Below the pieces are notes generated by a model that saw nothing but the letters and a program-made list of their open reading frames with translations, did no database searches and had not been told where the DNA came from. DNA of 64,000 nucleotides from the NCBI GenBank assembly GCA_046153645.1, contig JBJXGI010000053.1, positions 1 to 64,000 on the forward strand, in the 5' to 3' direction. The position numbers were made by a program, and so were the translations under genes. Below, piece after piece: positions 49,101 through 56,586 of this stretch. This DNA comes from Elusimicrobiota bacterium. GTDB taxonomy: Bacteria > Elusimicrobiota > Elusimicrobia > F11. Numbering within the stretch: the first letter of the stretch is position 1; each line of letters starts with the position of its first letter.

Positions 49101-52100
49101 ATTTTAATGGTCCCATAATTAGCTCTGTAAAGCTGCATATGGACAATTCCGCGTTCGGCAAGGCGTTTATACAACAAACCATTATCGTTATTAATTTTCT
49201 CAAGAACGCGGTGCAACTCAGAAGTTTTTCGAAGATTTTCTCGCTCAGGCGCATTTGCAGCCAGATATTCCTTTGTAAATGGTTGATATTTTGAAAATTG
49301 ATTGTTTATGTTCTCTATTGAACTTGTAATCAAATCTCTAGGCGGCAATCCCAATACAACCATTCCTGCCGATCTATCTTGTGGCGTAGTGTCACCAGGC
49401 AATTCATAAAGGCACAAAGGAGGAGGCGTAAGAAACCCCTTTTTTAAAAGTGCTTGCCCTCCTAAAAATTCCGCAACAGCGTCTTCGAAATTCAACCCAT
49501 ATAAAGGATTAAAGTGATATTCCTCTGTGTAATAAATCCCACTGGGAGTGAAGTTCTCATCTCCAGGCTGAAAATGAGCTGGGACTAGACCCTCTCGTCT
49601 TAACCTTTCGGCAGGATCAAAAATGATAGCTGCGTTTTCTAAAGTACCGCCTTTCACTTTGATCGTCTTGAGAGGGAACCCATTAATCATGACAACGTCT
49701 GGAAGATCAATTTCTAAACTACGTTCAAACTTATTGCTGTCGCCTTTGTGGGAATTGCGCCGGTCATAATCAACTCCAAGTTTTAATTTTGAAAATGGAG
49801 TTTTCACAATTTTTTCTATTTTGTCTTTCAGCCAAGGGTAAATTGCAATCAATTGTGCATAAACATCCGTTGTTTCATGCAAAATAAACTCGCGACTTTT
49901 GTCATTTTGTGGCAATGGTGGCTGTTCCGCGGTGGGAACATTAGTTATATCTACCGACACTAAATCGACTACGCCGTTCAAAACAGCGCTAATTTGTGGA
50001 ATGATGGAAAAGTCAATCGCATTCAGCAATTCCTCTGCTGCTTCGTTTCCTCTCAAAAGTGTGGATTGCATGCGCCTTTTTAATTCATCTCTGGGTTCTT
50101 TATTCCTAATAGCTTCAAGCCATGCCCCTGCAATTTCATTAAGTCGTGGCAAGGAAGACTCACCAACACCCACATGTTTTATGGCCATCATCAACTGATT
50201 CAAAGCATCGAGAGCGTTAGGGTTTATGGAATCGGGTGCCAAGGGTTTATAAGGTTCTTTTTTCTTTCGACTAAACAAATCCCAAATGGCTAAATACGCC
50301 CCCTCTTTCAAGGCCGATTTTGAACCGGATGTGGCTGCACTTAATAAAAACATACCTACGTTGTAAGACATGTGAACCAAAATAGCAGAGACCAAACTGT
50401 TTGATTCGACATAGGTCAGAACAATTAAAGTTGTGCCTCCAGTTTGAAGGCCCAGACGAGCGATGAAGGCAGTAACAAAATTTATATTTTTTTCGACAGC
50501 ATCTTTTTTCGCCAAACTAAAACTTCGCGGAATGTGGAATGCAAAAAACGTAAAACCCATAAGAATGGGACTTAAACCCCATATCCCTATTAAAAGCTCA
50601 CGAAAAATCAACTCTTCCAGAAAAGGTAAAAAAATAAAAATGCTACCCACAGAAAAAATAACCACCCTTCGTTCATAAACAACTTTCACAAATTCACCAG
50701 TCCGATCAAACCAGGCTGACAAAACCCCCCGCGGAAATTTAATGGCCACTTTTCCGGCAAACCCAGAAAATTTTTTAACAAGTTCATAAAGCGCGAAAAT
50801 ACTGGCTTGCGAGGAAGGGATGGGCGCTTCCGCCAAAAACAGTTTTTCTCCTTCAAACAATTGGTCGAGCGGAGTTTTTTCTTGCGCGAACACAGTGAGA
50901 TAGGACGACCCATTTTCTGAATTGACCTTCGTGATTTTAGGAGTAAAAGAAATAACCGTGTAACCTGCTTCGCTTAAACGTTGGTCGATGCCGGCCGAAT
51001 GGAAACCACCCGTAACCAAAACTGCGTTTTGGTAATTTCCAAAACCCAAATCACAATGATCAATTGATTTTTTTAGTTTTGGAGATTTGTTTGTTATTTG
51101 ATATTTGGTATTTGAGTTTTCAATGATCTTTAGAAAATTACTTGCCATTTTTTCATCTCGAATTTCCGCTTGCTTATAAAAATTCTCAAAAGACTCTAAG
51201 GCAAACCCCTCCCCGCCTTCCCTCCCCACCGAAAAACGTGGGGAGGAATTTATATATTCTCCCCATTCTTCTTTTGTTAGTGAAAAGTCCACTAATTTTT
51301 TAGTTAAAGATAATGCGTGTGATTCTTTAATCAATTGTTTTTCAACGTCTGTGTTAGCGAGTGAGGAATAAATTGATTCCTCCATTTTTTCAATACTTTT
51401 GAATAAATCATCTGCGTTAATTTGGTCGCTTAAAAGCACATACTGAAGATACGAATTCATCGCAGGATAGCGGGACAACGCAATTTCTTTTTTATCGCAG
51501 AGATTTTTCAAACGAGCGTAAAAATCGGCATGAGAAATATTTCCCAAACGATAAGCCACACTGGTCGCAATCAGAGATTGAGACTCAAAAGTGCCTAGCT
51601 TAGCCAAGAGCTGTGAGAGAAGTTGACCTCGCTCCCTTTCAACGGCAGCGAAATTAAGGCGGGATTCCAAATGAATCGCTTTCAAGAATATTTGAATCTG
51701 AAAATGCTCATTAAAACCCTTATCCGTGTCGTCGCCCCGGCGGAGGCCGGGGTCCAGGTCGTTAACCGGCTTTTTAGAAAAAAGTTTAAAGCTGGAAAGA
51801 AACTCCACATATTTCCCCAAAGACAAAGTATCGCCACGGTACAATTCGACCTGGCAATCAAAATCGTAAAGAGCTGCATTAAAAATTGTTTTCTTCTTTT
51901 GAGCAAGTTCGGTTCTTAGCTCATTTAACTGCTGCTTATTCTTTTCAATATGAGAGGCCGATTGCCGGTAAGCTTCTACATTTGCCTTATAATGAGCGGA
52001 ATCATCAACCCCGATAAATCGAGGAAGGGTTTGCCCCGAACGCAGTTGAAGAGTGAAACCCGTATAAATCGGCCCAGAGACTTTATTTTCCCGAAGCAAA

Positions 52101-52663
52101 TAGTTGGCCACTTTTCTAGTTGCCTCTGGTGGAAACACCCTGAAAGGGTTTAAATCGATGGGGTTAAACGCGCCTTCCAACGCAATGAGATCAACCTGAT
52201 TACCATCAATAAGTCCTTGAATGGTTTTGCCGATATTTTTTTGGGCTTCGGCGTTTCGATGGACATCTTGGATGTGAATGACGATTCGTCCATTTTTTCC
52301 CTCACCCTGACCCTCTCCCCGACGGGGAGAGGGAAGAGTGATTTCTTGAATTGTTCCGTATTGGGTTGATAAGTTTTGAAACAGAGAAGAGAGTTGGGGT
52401 GCAATATCCTTTGGAACCGATTCTTCAAATTGGCGTGGCAAAGACGCTTGAACATGAGGAAGTTGCTGCAAGATCGAGTGAGAATTTTCCAGAGCAACAT
52501 TTGAAGGCAATTGCGCTAATTGGATTGACTTTTTGTTGTCAACAGAACGTCGACGCTCTGCCCAAACAGACTTCTTTGGGTTATGGGCAAATGCACAATT
52601 TGTGGCGAAATAAATAATGGCCAACGCAGTGGAAATCGATCGAATAAAAACTCGCTTTTTCAT
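46148..52663 (-). CDS. Giant multidomain membrane protein B: conserved N-terminal domain, CPBP protease, kinase-like, HATPase-like and HExxH modules
   Basis: Signal peptide ending AFA; IQDVH..LEG..GVD..IRDEKMA..GGFH..TPK..QEKTPL; EELIFR/FFAFH/HMSYN; HMQLYRAN..WD; EILKNAHDA..ISNPG; HEGGH. Confidence 0.8.
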   Translation of the reverse strand: MKKRVFIRSISTALAIIYFATNCAFAHNPKKSVWAERRRSVDNKKSIQLAQLPSNVALENSHSILQQLPHVQASLPRQFEESVPKDIAPQLSSLFQNLSTQYGTIQEITLPSPRRGEGQGEGKNGRIVIHIQDVHRNAEAQKNIGKTIQGLIDGNQVDLIALEGAFNPIDLNPFRVFPPEATRKVANYLLRENKVSGPIYTGFTLQLRSGQTLPRFIGVDDSAHYKANVEAYRQSASHIEKNKQQLNELRTELAQKKKTIFNAALYDFDCQVELYRGDTLSLGKYVEFLSSFKLFSKKPVNDLDPGLRRGDDTDKGFNEHFQIQIFLKAIHLESRLNFAAVERERGQLLSQLLAKLGTFESQSLIATSVAYRLGNISHADFYARLKNLCDKKEIALSRYPAMNSYLQYVLLSDQINADDLFKSIEKMEESIYSSLANTDVEKQLIKESHALSLTKKLVDFSLTKEEWGEYINSSPRFSVGREGGEGFALESFENFYKQAEIRDEKMASNFLKIIENSNTKYQITNKSPKLKKSIDHCDLGFGNYQNAVLVTGGFHSAGIDQRLSEAGYTVISFTPKITKVNSENGSSYLTVFAQEKTPLDQLFEGEKLFLAEAPIPSSQASIFALYELVKKFSGFAGKVAIKFPRGVLSAWFDRTGEFVKVVYERRVVIFSVGSIFIFLPFLEELIFRELLIGIWGLSPILMGFTFFAFHIPRSFSLAKKDAVEKNINFVTAFIARLGLQTGGTTLIVLTYVESNSLVSAILVHMSYNVGMFLLSAATSGSKSALKEGAYLAIWDLFSRKKKEPYKPLAPDSINPNALDALNQLMMAIKHVGVGESSLPRLNEIAGAWLEAIRNKEPRDELKRRMQSTLLRGNEAAEELLNAIDFSIIPQISAVLNGVVDLVSVDITNVPTAEQPPLPQNDKSREFILHETTDVYAQLIAIYPWLKDKIEKIVKTPFSKLKLGVDYDRRNSHKGDSNKFERSLEIDLPDVVMINGFPLKTIKVKGGTLENAAIIFDPAERLRREGLVPAHFQPGDENFTPSGIYYTEEYHFNPLYGLNFEDAVAEFLGGQALLKKGFLTPPPLCLYELPGDTTPQDRSAGMVVLGLPPRDLITSSIENINNQFSKYQPFTKEYLAANAPERENLRKTSELHRVLEKINNDNGLLYKRLAERGIVHMQLYRANYGTIKINGEELPFIWDAESIVLAEHLTPAQFFGFVLQGLGNCSSQANSITLTQGQPNKISQFKINWTGYVLHGFFDFNASHLPIDKNNLFPGRRLEKITPVTLPLYQQTRNPVVLAVRNLFPNLNQLLIEQQYGDKNETALKGKYQGEIIKSPATLQSTYTSGYIFFGVIHFIFNATFLFIATYHSSVFYSFAFTIPLAVWTLRKKFISIRFAPIWEAGEHAKEGFVEKHDPKDDEERDWLTVGWKEIKKAAAISWWSGVRAHRDFNKRAWKIGQRPLTFGNSQNDSKDEMVLVWEGSSEDKDYILSAEYGDKKLGDFINQKAHVTAHDPWAIYLLMHSVREILKNAHDAWARSNPKWSTSEIKIRIFKNYKLGTLALEISNPGVIDPEKIRKQIPVIIRSLRLRLQEGTGDTDEVVHYNREEPKIWKSIRILTQLGHKTDLSAADIFSILTAWRFTTIRGEDKKYFNLSGENGVALNQIEMISEWLGAHFDLLSQNGKTVFRLEFPSTAFDIKNINVPFDVVEEVYLQNRFNLPPFLRRLFIRELVREAFLSAHRGQVVTSFDLIKIIAQRIGYDRINSDLALILERISLYLEIFRRQNQTLLSPATLTSETPSLFANIFNSNWAKRNNLMWLNWLVRTVFFGGITSHEGGHLIGGPTEGKRLDYGTLKIIRGMFTGKMPWETRGPPAMYGIYVNIFMVIISLLVYIPALIFFSHSLVDYVVLFVSFYFLFANVVVLVVEAVLTDVAKKWGISEQADLIQSKRAGDILNSLTGQVVKMGLDNPLARQAISQSDPEKLELLVRELENTLKDKERKLEPEEALELAEKVARSPDENTINKRHLKGKAVQMVLRAKDLRSKKLKQYLNRSMNFEFVIDENDQKEFEKLLRKNLQWQIKLMPQKGLFSKGKINKIVFEQTMTALQASNQLLPDFVISRDLLLQLMASGPTQSSILYHIKYLSLEELLSAMSEFPVRNLGFVIGLARVVAVGA
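51034..51120. repeat. In-frame heptamer-based imperfect palindrome inside giant gene B
   Basis: Minus strand caaatac-caaatat-caaataa-caaa...gatttgggttttggaaatt; corresponds to a ~23-aa insertion relative to paralog A between KMA and GGFH. Confidence 0.65.
51206..51246. repeat. In-frame REP/boxC-like hairpin element inside giant gene B
   Basis: Pyrimidine tail cccctccccgccttc, then perfect 9-bp stem cctccccac/gtggggagg; encodes SPRFSVGREGGEG. Confidence 0.75.
51728..51757. repeat. In-frame RPE/dRS3-like palindromic element inside giant gene B
   Basis: gtcgtcg-ccccggc-ggag-gccgggg-tccag; encodes LDPGLRRGDD. Confidence 0.75.
52030..52053. repeat. Degenerate CCTGAGCnnnGTCGAAGG-type REP-like element inside giant gene B
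   Basis: tttgccccgaacgcagttgaagag; encodes LQLRSGQT in a loop about 5 aa longer than in paralog A. Confidence 0.45.
52299..52333. repeat. In-frame boxC/REP-like hairpin element inside giant gene B
   Basis: ccctcaccctga, then perfect 10-bp stem ccctctcccc-gac-ggggagaggg; encodes PSPRRGEGQGEG. Confidence 0.8.
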
Positions 52664-52672
52664 ATTAAAGCA

Positions 52673-52705
52673 AGTATAAAAAACTGGCCTTAAGATTATC
52701 TTAAT
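52673..52705 (-). promoter_or_regulatory. Direct-repeat box plus -10 element upstream of giant gene B
   Basis: ATTAAG-N5-CTTAAG, 10 nt, TATACT on the minus strand; the box also contains the palindrome ttaagat-t-atcttaa. Confidence 0.45.
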
Positions 52706-52711
52706 TTCAAA

Positions 52712-53851
52712 TTAATTTTGGTGAGGACGATGTAAATGATTTGTTACATAAGGAATGTTGAGGTAATAACGGGCGTACCGATTTTCGCCTTTTTTTATCA
52801 ATGCATTTTTCATGACCAAGCCAACCAAATCGCGCGTTGTTGTGGCGGCAGATGCTTTGGTGATAGCGATGTATTTTTTAGCGCTCAATCCACCTGCAAA
52901 TCCTTCGGGTCCTTCCCGGAAGAGGCGCATGACCGCTTTTTCCTGCCGTTCATTCAGTTGACCTCTCAAACGATCCAGAAATTTCATTTTTTCAATCATA
53001 AATTCTACGTGGCCTGCAGTACGCTTTTGCGCTTCAAGAGCTGTCGTAGAAAACCAAGAGAGCCAGCGCGTCATTTCATTTTTTTTATTCGCTTCTTCCA
53101 AGACATCGTAGTAAGCATTTCGTTTACTTAATATTGTTGTAGCTAAGACTGTCAATGTTGCCGCCCCAAGACTTTGCGACAATATCTTTTCAGAAATGGC
53201 CCGAGCAAGACGGCCATTACCATCCTCAAAAGGATGAATAGAAACAAAATAAAGATGAGCTATTCCAGATCTTGTCAATGCGGGGAGAGGGTCTCGTCCC
53301 GTAGGCCCTGTGCGGTTAAACCACTCAATGAAACGTTTCATTTCAGCGGGCACATGTGATGAAGGTGGTGCTTCAAAATGGATTTTCGGTGAATGAAGGG
53401 CACCTGAAACAACTTGCATGGGTTCAAGATAAGACCTATAAGAACCAATATTTTTCAGGTCTCTTCGACCTTTCATCAACATTCGATGCCATCGGGAAAG
53501 TGTTTGATGTGTTAATGGAGTTGAAAAACCACGGTAAAGATCGACCATCATTTCGGCAATTCCTTGTTCTGCCGGTTCTATAGGATTTTTATCAGCCGCA
53601 AGACCCAGTTGCCGACAAATGGAAGACTGAACACTTTTTCTGTTAAGAATTTCCCCTTCAATCTCGGAGGTCGTGACGGCTTCTGTACTCATGATTTCGA
53701 CAGTGAATTGCTCTTTGTCACTTAAGGAAAGATATTTGGTTATACCGACAATAGAACCAGCACCCAATAAAAAAAGCTCTTCTGCCTTGGTAAGGAGCTG
53801 TTTTTTCCAGGTAAATTTGGGCCAATCAGATTGTTGCCAGTTCCATTTCAT
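52712..53851 (-). CDS. Fic family protein (DUF4172 N-terminus, C-terminal wHTH-like region)
   Basis: WNWQQSDWPKF N-terminus, TSEIEGE, canonical HPFEDGNGRLAR, S.ATTTRDL..LV. Confidence 0.92.
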   Translation of the reverse strand: MKWNWQQSDWPKFTWKKQLLTKAEELFLLGAGSIVGITKYLSLSDKEQFTVEIMSTEAVTTSEIEGEILNRKSVQSSICRQLGLAADKNPIEPAEQGIAEMMVDLYRGFSTPLTHQTLSRWHRMLMKGRRDLKNIGSYRSYLEPMQVVSGALHSPKIHFEAPPSSHVPAEMKRFIEWFNRTGPTGRDPLPALTRSGIAHLYFVSIHPFEDGNGRLARAISEKILSQSLGAATLTVLATTILSKRNAYYDVLEEANKKNEMTRWLSWFSTTALEAQKRTAGHVEFMIEKMKFLDRLRGQLNERQEKAVMRLFREGPEGFAGGLSAKKYIAITKASAATTTRDLVGLVMKNALIKKGENRYARYYLNIPYVTNHLHRPHQN

Positions 53852-53907
53852 GAGCGATAGACTCCTTTTCTATCACTCATATTACATGATTTTTTGATTG
53901 ATAGACT
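53850..53907. promoter_or_regulatory. Inverted-repeat operator over the fic start and RBS, plus a third half-site
   Basis: atgagcgataga-ctccttt-tctatcactcat (11 of 12 match); tgattgatagact at 53895-53907. Confidence 0.6.
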
Positions 53908-53920
53908 TTTCGAACAGAAA

Positions 53921-54691
53921 TTAAACAGTCTCTTTACTTCGAAGAAGATGAATAAGCTCTTCACGCAATTCATCGGGGTCCATTTGCGTTTTCAGCTTGC
54001 CATCTATAGCTAAAGAGACGGCTCCTGTTTCTTCTGATACACAGATAGACCAGCAATCGCTGACCTCTGAAATTCCGACCGCAGCTCGGTGACGAGTCCC
54101 CAACCACTTCGATAAACTGGCATCTTGAGAAACAGGGAAAATACATCCTGCTGCGACAATTCGATTGGACTGAACAATAACGCCCCCGTCATGAAGAGCG
54201 GCTGGCGGCTGAAAAATAGTTAACAATAATTCCCGGGTAATTTCTGCGTTCAGTAAAGTGCCGGTTTCTAAATAATCACGAAGCCCCGTATTTCTCTCAA
54301 TAGCAATAAGCATGCCCATTTGGCGACGAGAAGCTTCTTTGACGGCCGCCACAATTTCATTCACCACCGTCAATTCCTGCTGCATAGAAAATCGACTTGA
54401 CGTTTTTGTCCCCAACTGAGCCAACGCAGAGCGCAATTCAGGCTGAAAAACCACTGCCAAAATAACAAAGCCTGCAATCCAAAATTTCTCTAACAACCAA
54501 TTTAGCGAAGGCAAACCAACAAACTGAGATAAGGCGGTAAGGCCAGCCAAAACAATCAAACCAACCGCAATTTGAACAGCTCTCGTGCCCTTAATAAGAA
54601 TGAGGAACTTATAAATTAAAAAACCCACAAGGCTGATATCAACCACGTGAATAAGATATTTTTTCCAAATAAAAATAAAAGATTCAATCAT
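53921..54691 (-). CDS. dacA: Diadenylate cyclase CdaA/DacA
   Basis: Three TM helices, VVFQPELRSAL, LHDGG, GTRHRAA, VSEETG. Confidence 0.93.
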   Translation of the reverse strand: MIESFIFIWKKYLIHVVDISLVGFLIYKFLILIKGTRAVQIAVGLIVLAGLTALSQFVGLPSLNWLLEKFWIAGFVILAVVFQPELRSALAQLGTKTSSRFSMQQELTVVNEIVAAVKEASRRQMGMLIAIERNTGLRDYLETGTLLNAEITRELLLTIFQPPAALHDGGVIVQSNRIVAAGCIFPVSQDASLSKWLGTRHRAAVGISEVSDCWSICVSEETGAVSLAIDGKLKTQMDPDELREELIHLLRSKETV

Positions 54692-54730
54692 AAAAAAAGG
54701 CGTTCCTTATCATTATGATAAAGAACGCCT
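54692..54730 (-). terminator. Intrinsic terminator after ftsH
   Basis: Minus strand aggcgttctttatca-taa-tgataaggaacgcct followed by a T run. Confidence 0.75.
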
Positions 54731-54760
54731 GATATAAAATCAACTAATAAAAGAATTTAG

Positions 54761-56581
54761 TTAAATTGCAGCAGGAGCAACGGGCTCAGGAGGAAAACCA
54801 ATAAGTTCATTGATTTCATCCCCATTAAGAACTTCTTTCTCTATCAAAGCTAACGATAATTTTTCTAATTTGTCTCGATTACTTTCGAGTAAATTTTTCA
54901 CTTTTTCATAAGCAGTTGTTAGAATTCTCTTCACTTCCATGTCAATTTGCTGAGAAGTATTTTCAGAGAAACCGCGATCATTTCCAATATCTCTGCCTAA
55001 AAACACCTCCGCTTCAGGTTTTTTATAAGTGATGGGCCCAATCGAATCAGACATTCCAAACTCACAAACCATTTTAGACGCAAGACTGGTGGCTTTTTGC
55101 AAATCGTCTTGAGCCCCGGTTGTGATTTCTGAGAAAGTAATTTGTTCTGCTACTCTTCCCCCCATTAGAACAAGAATTCGATTATACAGCTCTGTTTTTG
55201 AGGTAAGATATTTATCTTGAGTAGGAAGCTGCATTGTATATCCCAACGCCATCCCACGAGAAATAATAGAAACTTTATGAACAGGATCCGTACCAGGGAG
55301 CAACTTAGCAACCAAAGTGTGACCACTTTCATGAAAGGCCACAATTTTTCTTTCGTTTTCTGACAAGAGTCTTGATTTTCTTTCAGGGCCAGCCATAACA
55401 CGGTCAATGGCGGATTCTAAATCTTTCATTTCCACCTGATTGCGATCATAACGAGCGGCCAAAAGAGCGGACTCATTAATCACATTGGCTAAATCAGCAC
55501 CAACAAAACCAGGTGTTCGTCGAGCAATCACACTCCAATCGACAACAGGAGAAATTTTCACATTTCGAGCATGAACTTTTAAGATATCTTCACGCCCTTT
55601 AAGGTCTGGTGGTGGCACCATAACATGACGATCAAATCTCCCAGGGCGAAGTAAAGCAGGATCTAAAACATCAGGACGATTGGTGGCTGCAATTAAAATA
55701 ACCCCTTCACGACTCTCAAACCCATCCATTTCAACCAAAATCTGATTTAGAGTTTGCTCTCTTTCATCATGTCCCCCACCAATACCCGCAAATCGGTGCC
55801 GACCAACAGCATCTAACTCATCAACAAACAATAAGCAGGGAGCATTTTTCTTTCCTTGATCAAATAAATCCCTCACACGAGAAGCGCCCACCCCAACAAA
55901 CATTTCCACAAATTCTGAACCGCTAGCAGAGAAAAAAGGCACATTGGCTTCTCCAGCCACAGCCTTGGCCAACATGGTTTTCCCTGTTCCGGGCGAACCA
56001 TACAAAAGAACCCCTTTTGGCACCTTTCCACCTAATTTTTGATATTTGGCAGGATCTTTCAAGAAATCGATAATTTCTTTTAGTTCTTCTTTGGCTTCAT
56101 CAACGCCCGCCACATCTTTAAATAAAACTTTATTTCGTTTATTGGTTTGGTTTTTCGCTTTGGTCCGACCGAAAGCCATCGCCTGGCGACCTCCGTTTTG
56201 CATTTGTCGAACCACAATAAACCACCACAAAAAGAAGAATACAACGATCCACAATAAATTAGACACAATGGCAGTAACCCAACTCTTATCTTGCATACCC
56301 GAATAACTTTTAACACCATACTCTTCTAGCTGATCAACAAGTTTGTTATCAAGTAATGGCAGTGTTTCGAATTTCTTATCCCCTGAATCAGATTTGAAAG
56401 TTCCTTCAATAACTTTGTCGGTGACTTGGACGTCGAGAATTTTTTTATCTCGTAGAAGCTGCTTGAATTCAGAATAGGGCAGTTTTTCTTTAGGTGTGGT
56501 TTTAGAAGATTGCACGACGAAAAGCACCGCTAAAATAACAATGCCCCAGAGAATAATCGCACGAAAATCAAATTTCTTCAT
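54761..56581 (-). CDS. ftsH: ATP-dependent zinc metalloprotease FtsH
   Basis: Two TM helices, [18 protein letters not shown] region, HESGH. Confidence 0.98.
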   Translation of the reverse strand: MKKFDFRAIILWGIVILAVLFVVQSSKTTPKEKLPYSEFKQLLRDKKILDVQVTDKVIEGTFKSDSGDKKFETLPLLDNKLVDQLEEYGVKSYSGMQDKSWVTAIVSNLLWIVVFFFLWWFIVVRQMQNGGRQAMAFGRTKAKNQTNKRNKVLFKDVAGVDEAKEELKEIIDFLKDPAKYQKLGGKVPKGVLLYGSPGTGKTMLAKAVAGEANVPFFSASGSEFVEMFVGVGASRVRDLFDQGKKNAPCLLFVDELDAVGRHRFAGIGGGHDEREQTLNQILVEMDGFESREGVILIAATNRPDVLDPALLRPGRFDRHVMVPPPDLKGREDILKVHARNVKISPVVDWSVIARRTPGFVGADLANVINESALLAARYDRNQVEMKDLESAIDRVMAGPERKSRLLSENERKIVAFHESGHTLVAKLLPGTDPVHKVSIISRGMALGYTMQLPTQDKYLTSKTELYNRILVLMGGRVAEQITFSEITTGAQDDLQKATSLASKMVCEFGMSDSIGPITYKKPEAEVFLGRDIGNDRGFSENTSQQIDMEVKRILTTAYEKVKNLLESNRDKLEKLSLALIEKEVLNGDEINELIGFPPEPVAPAAI

Positions 56582-56586
56582 TTTAT

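Noticed and set aside
46148..52663. Giant genes as targets of a diversity-generating retroelement, or as intein-containing genes
   Set aside because: No reverse transcriptase, no template/variable repeat pair and no intein splice motifs were recognised in the window.
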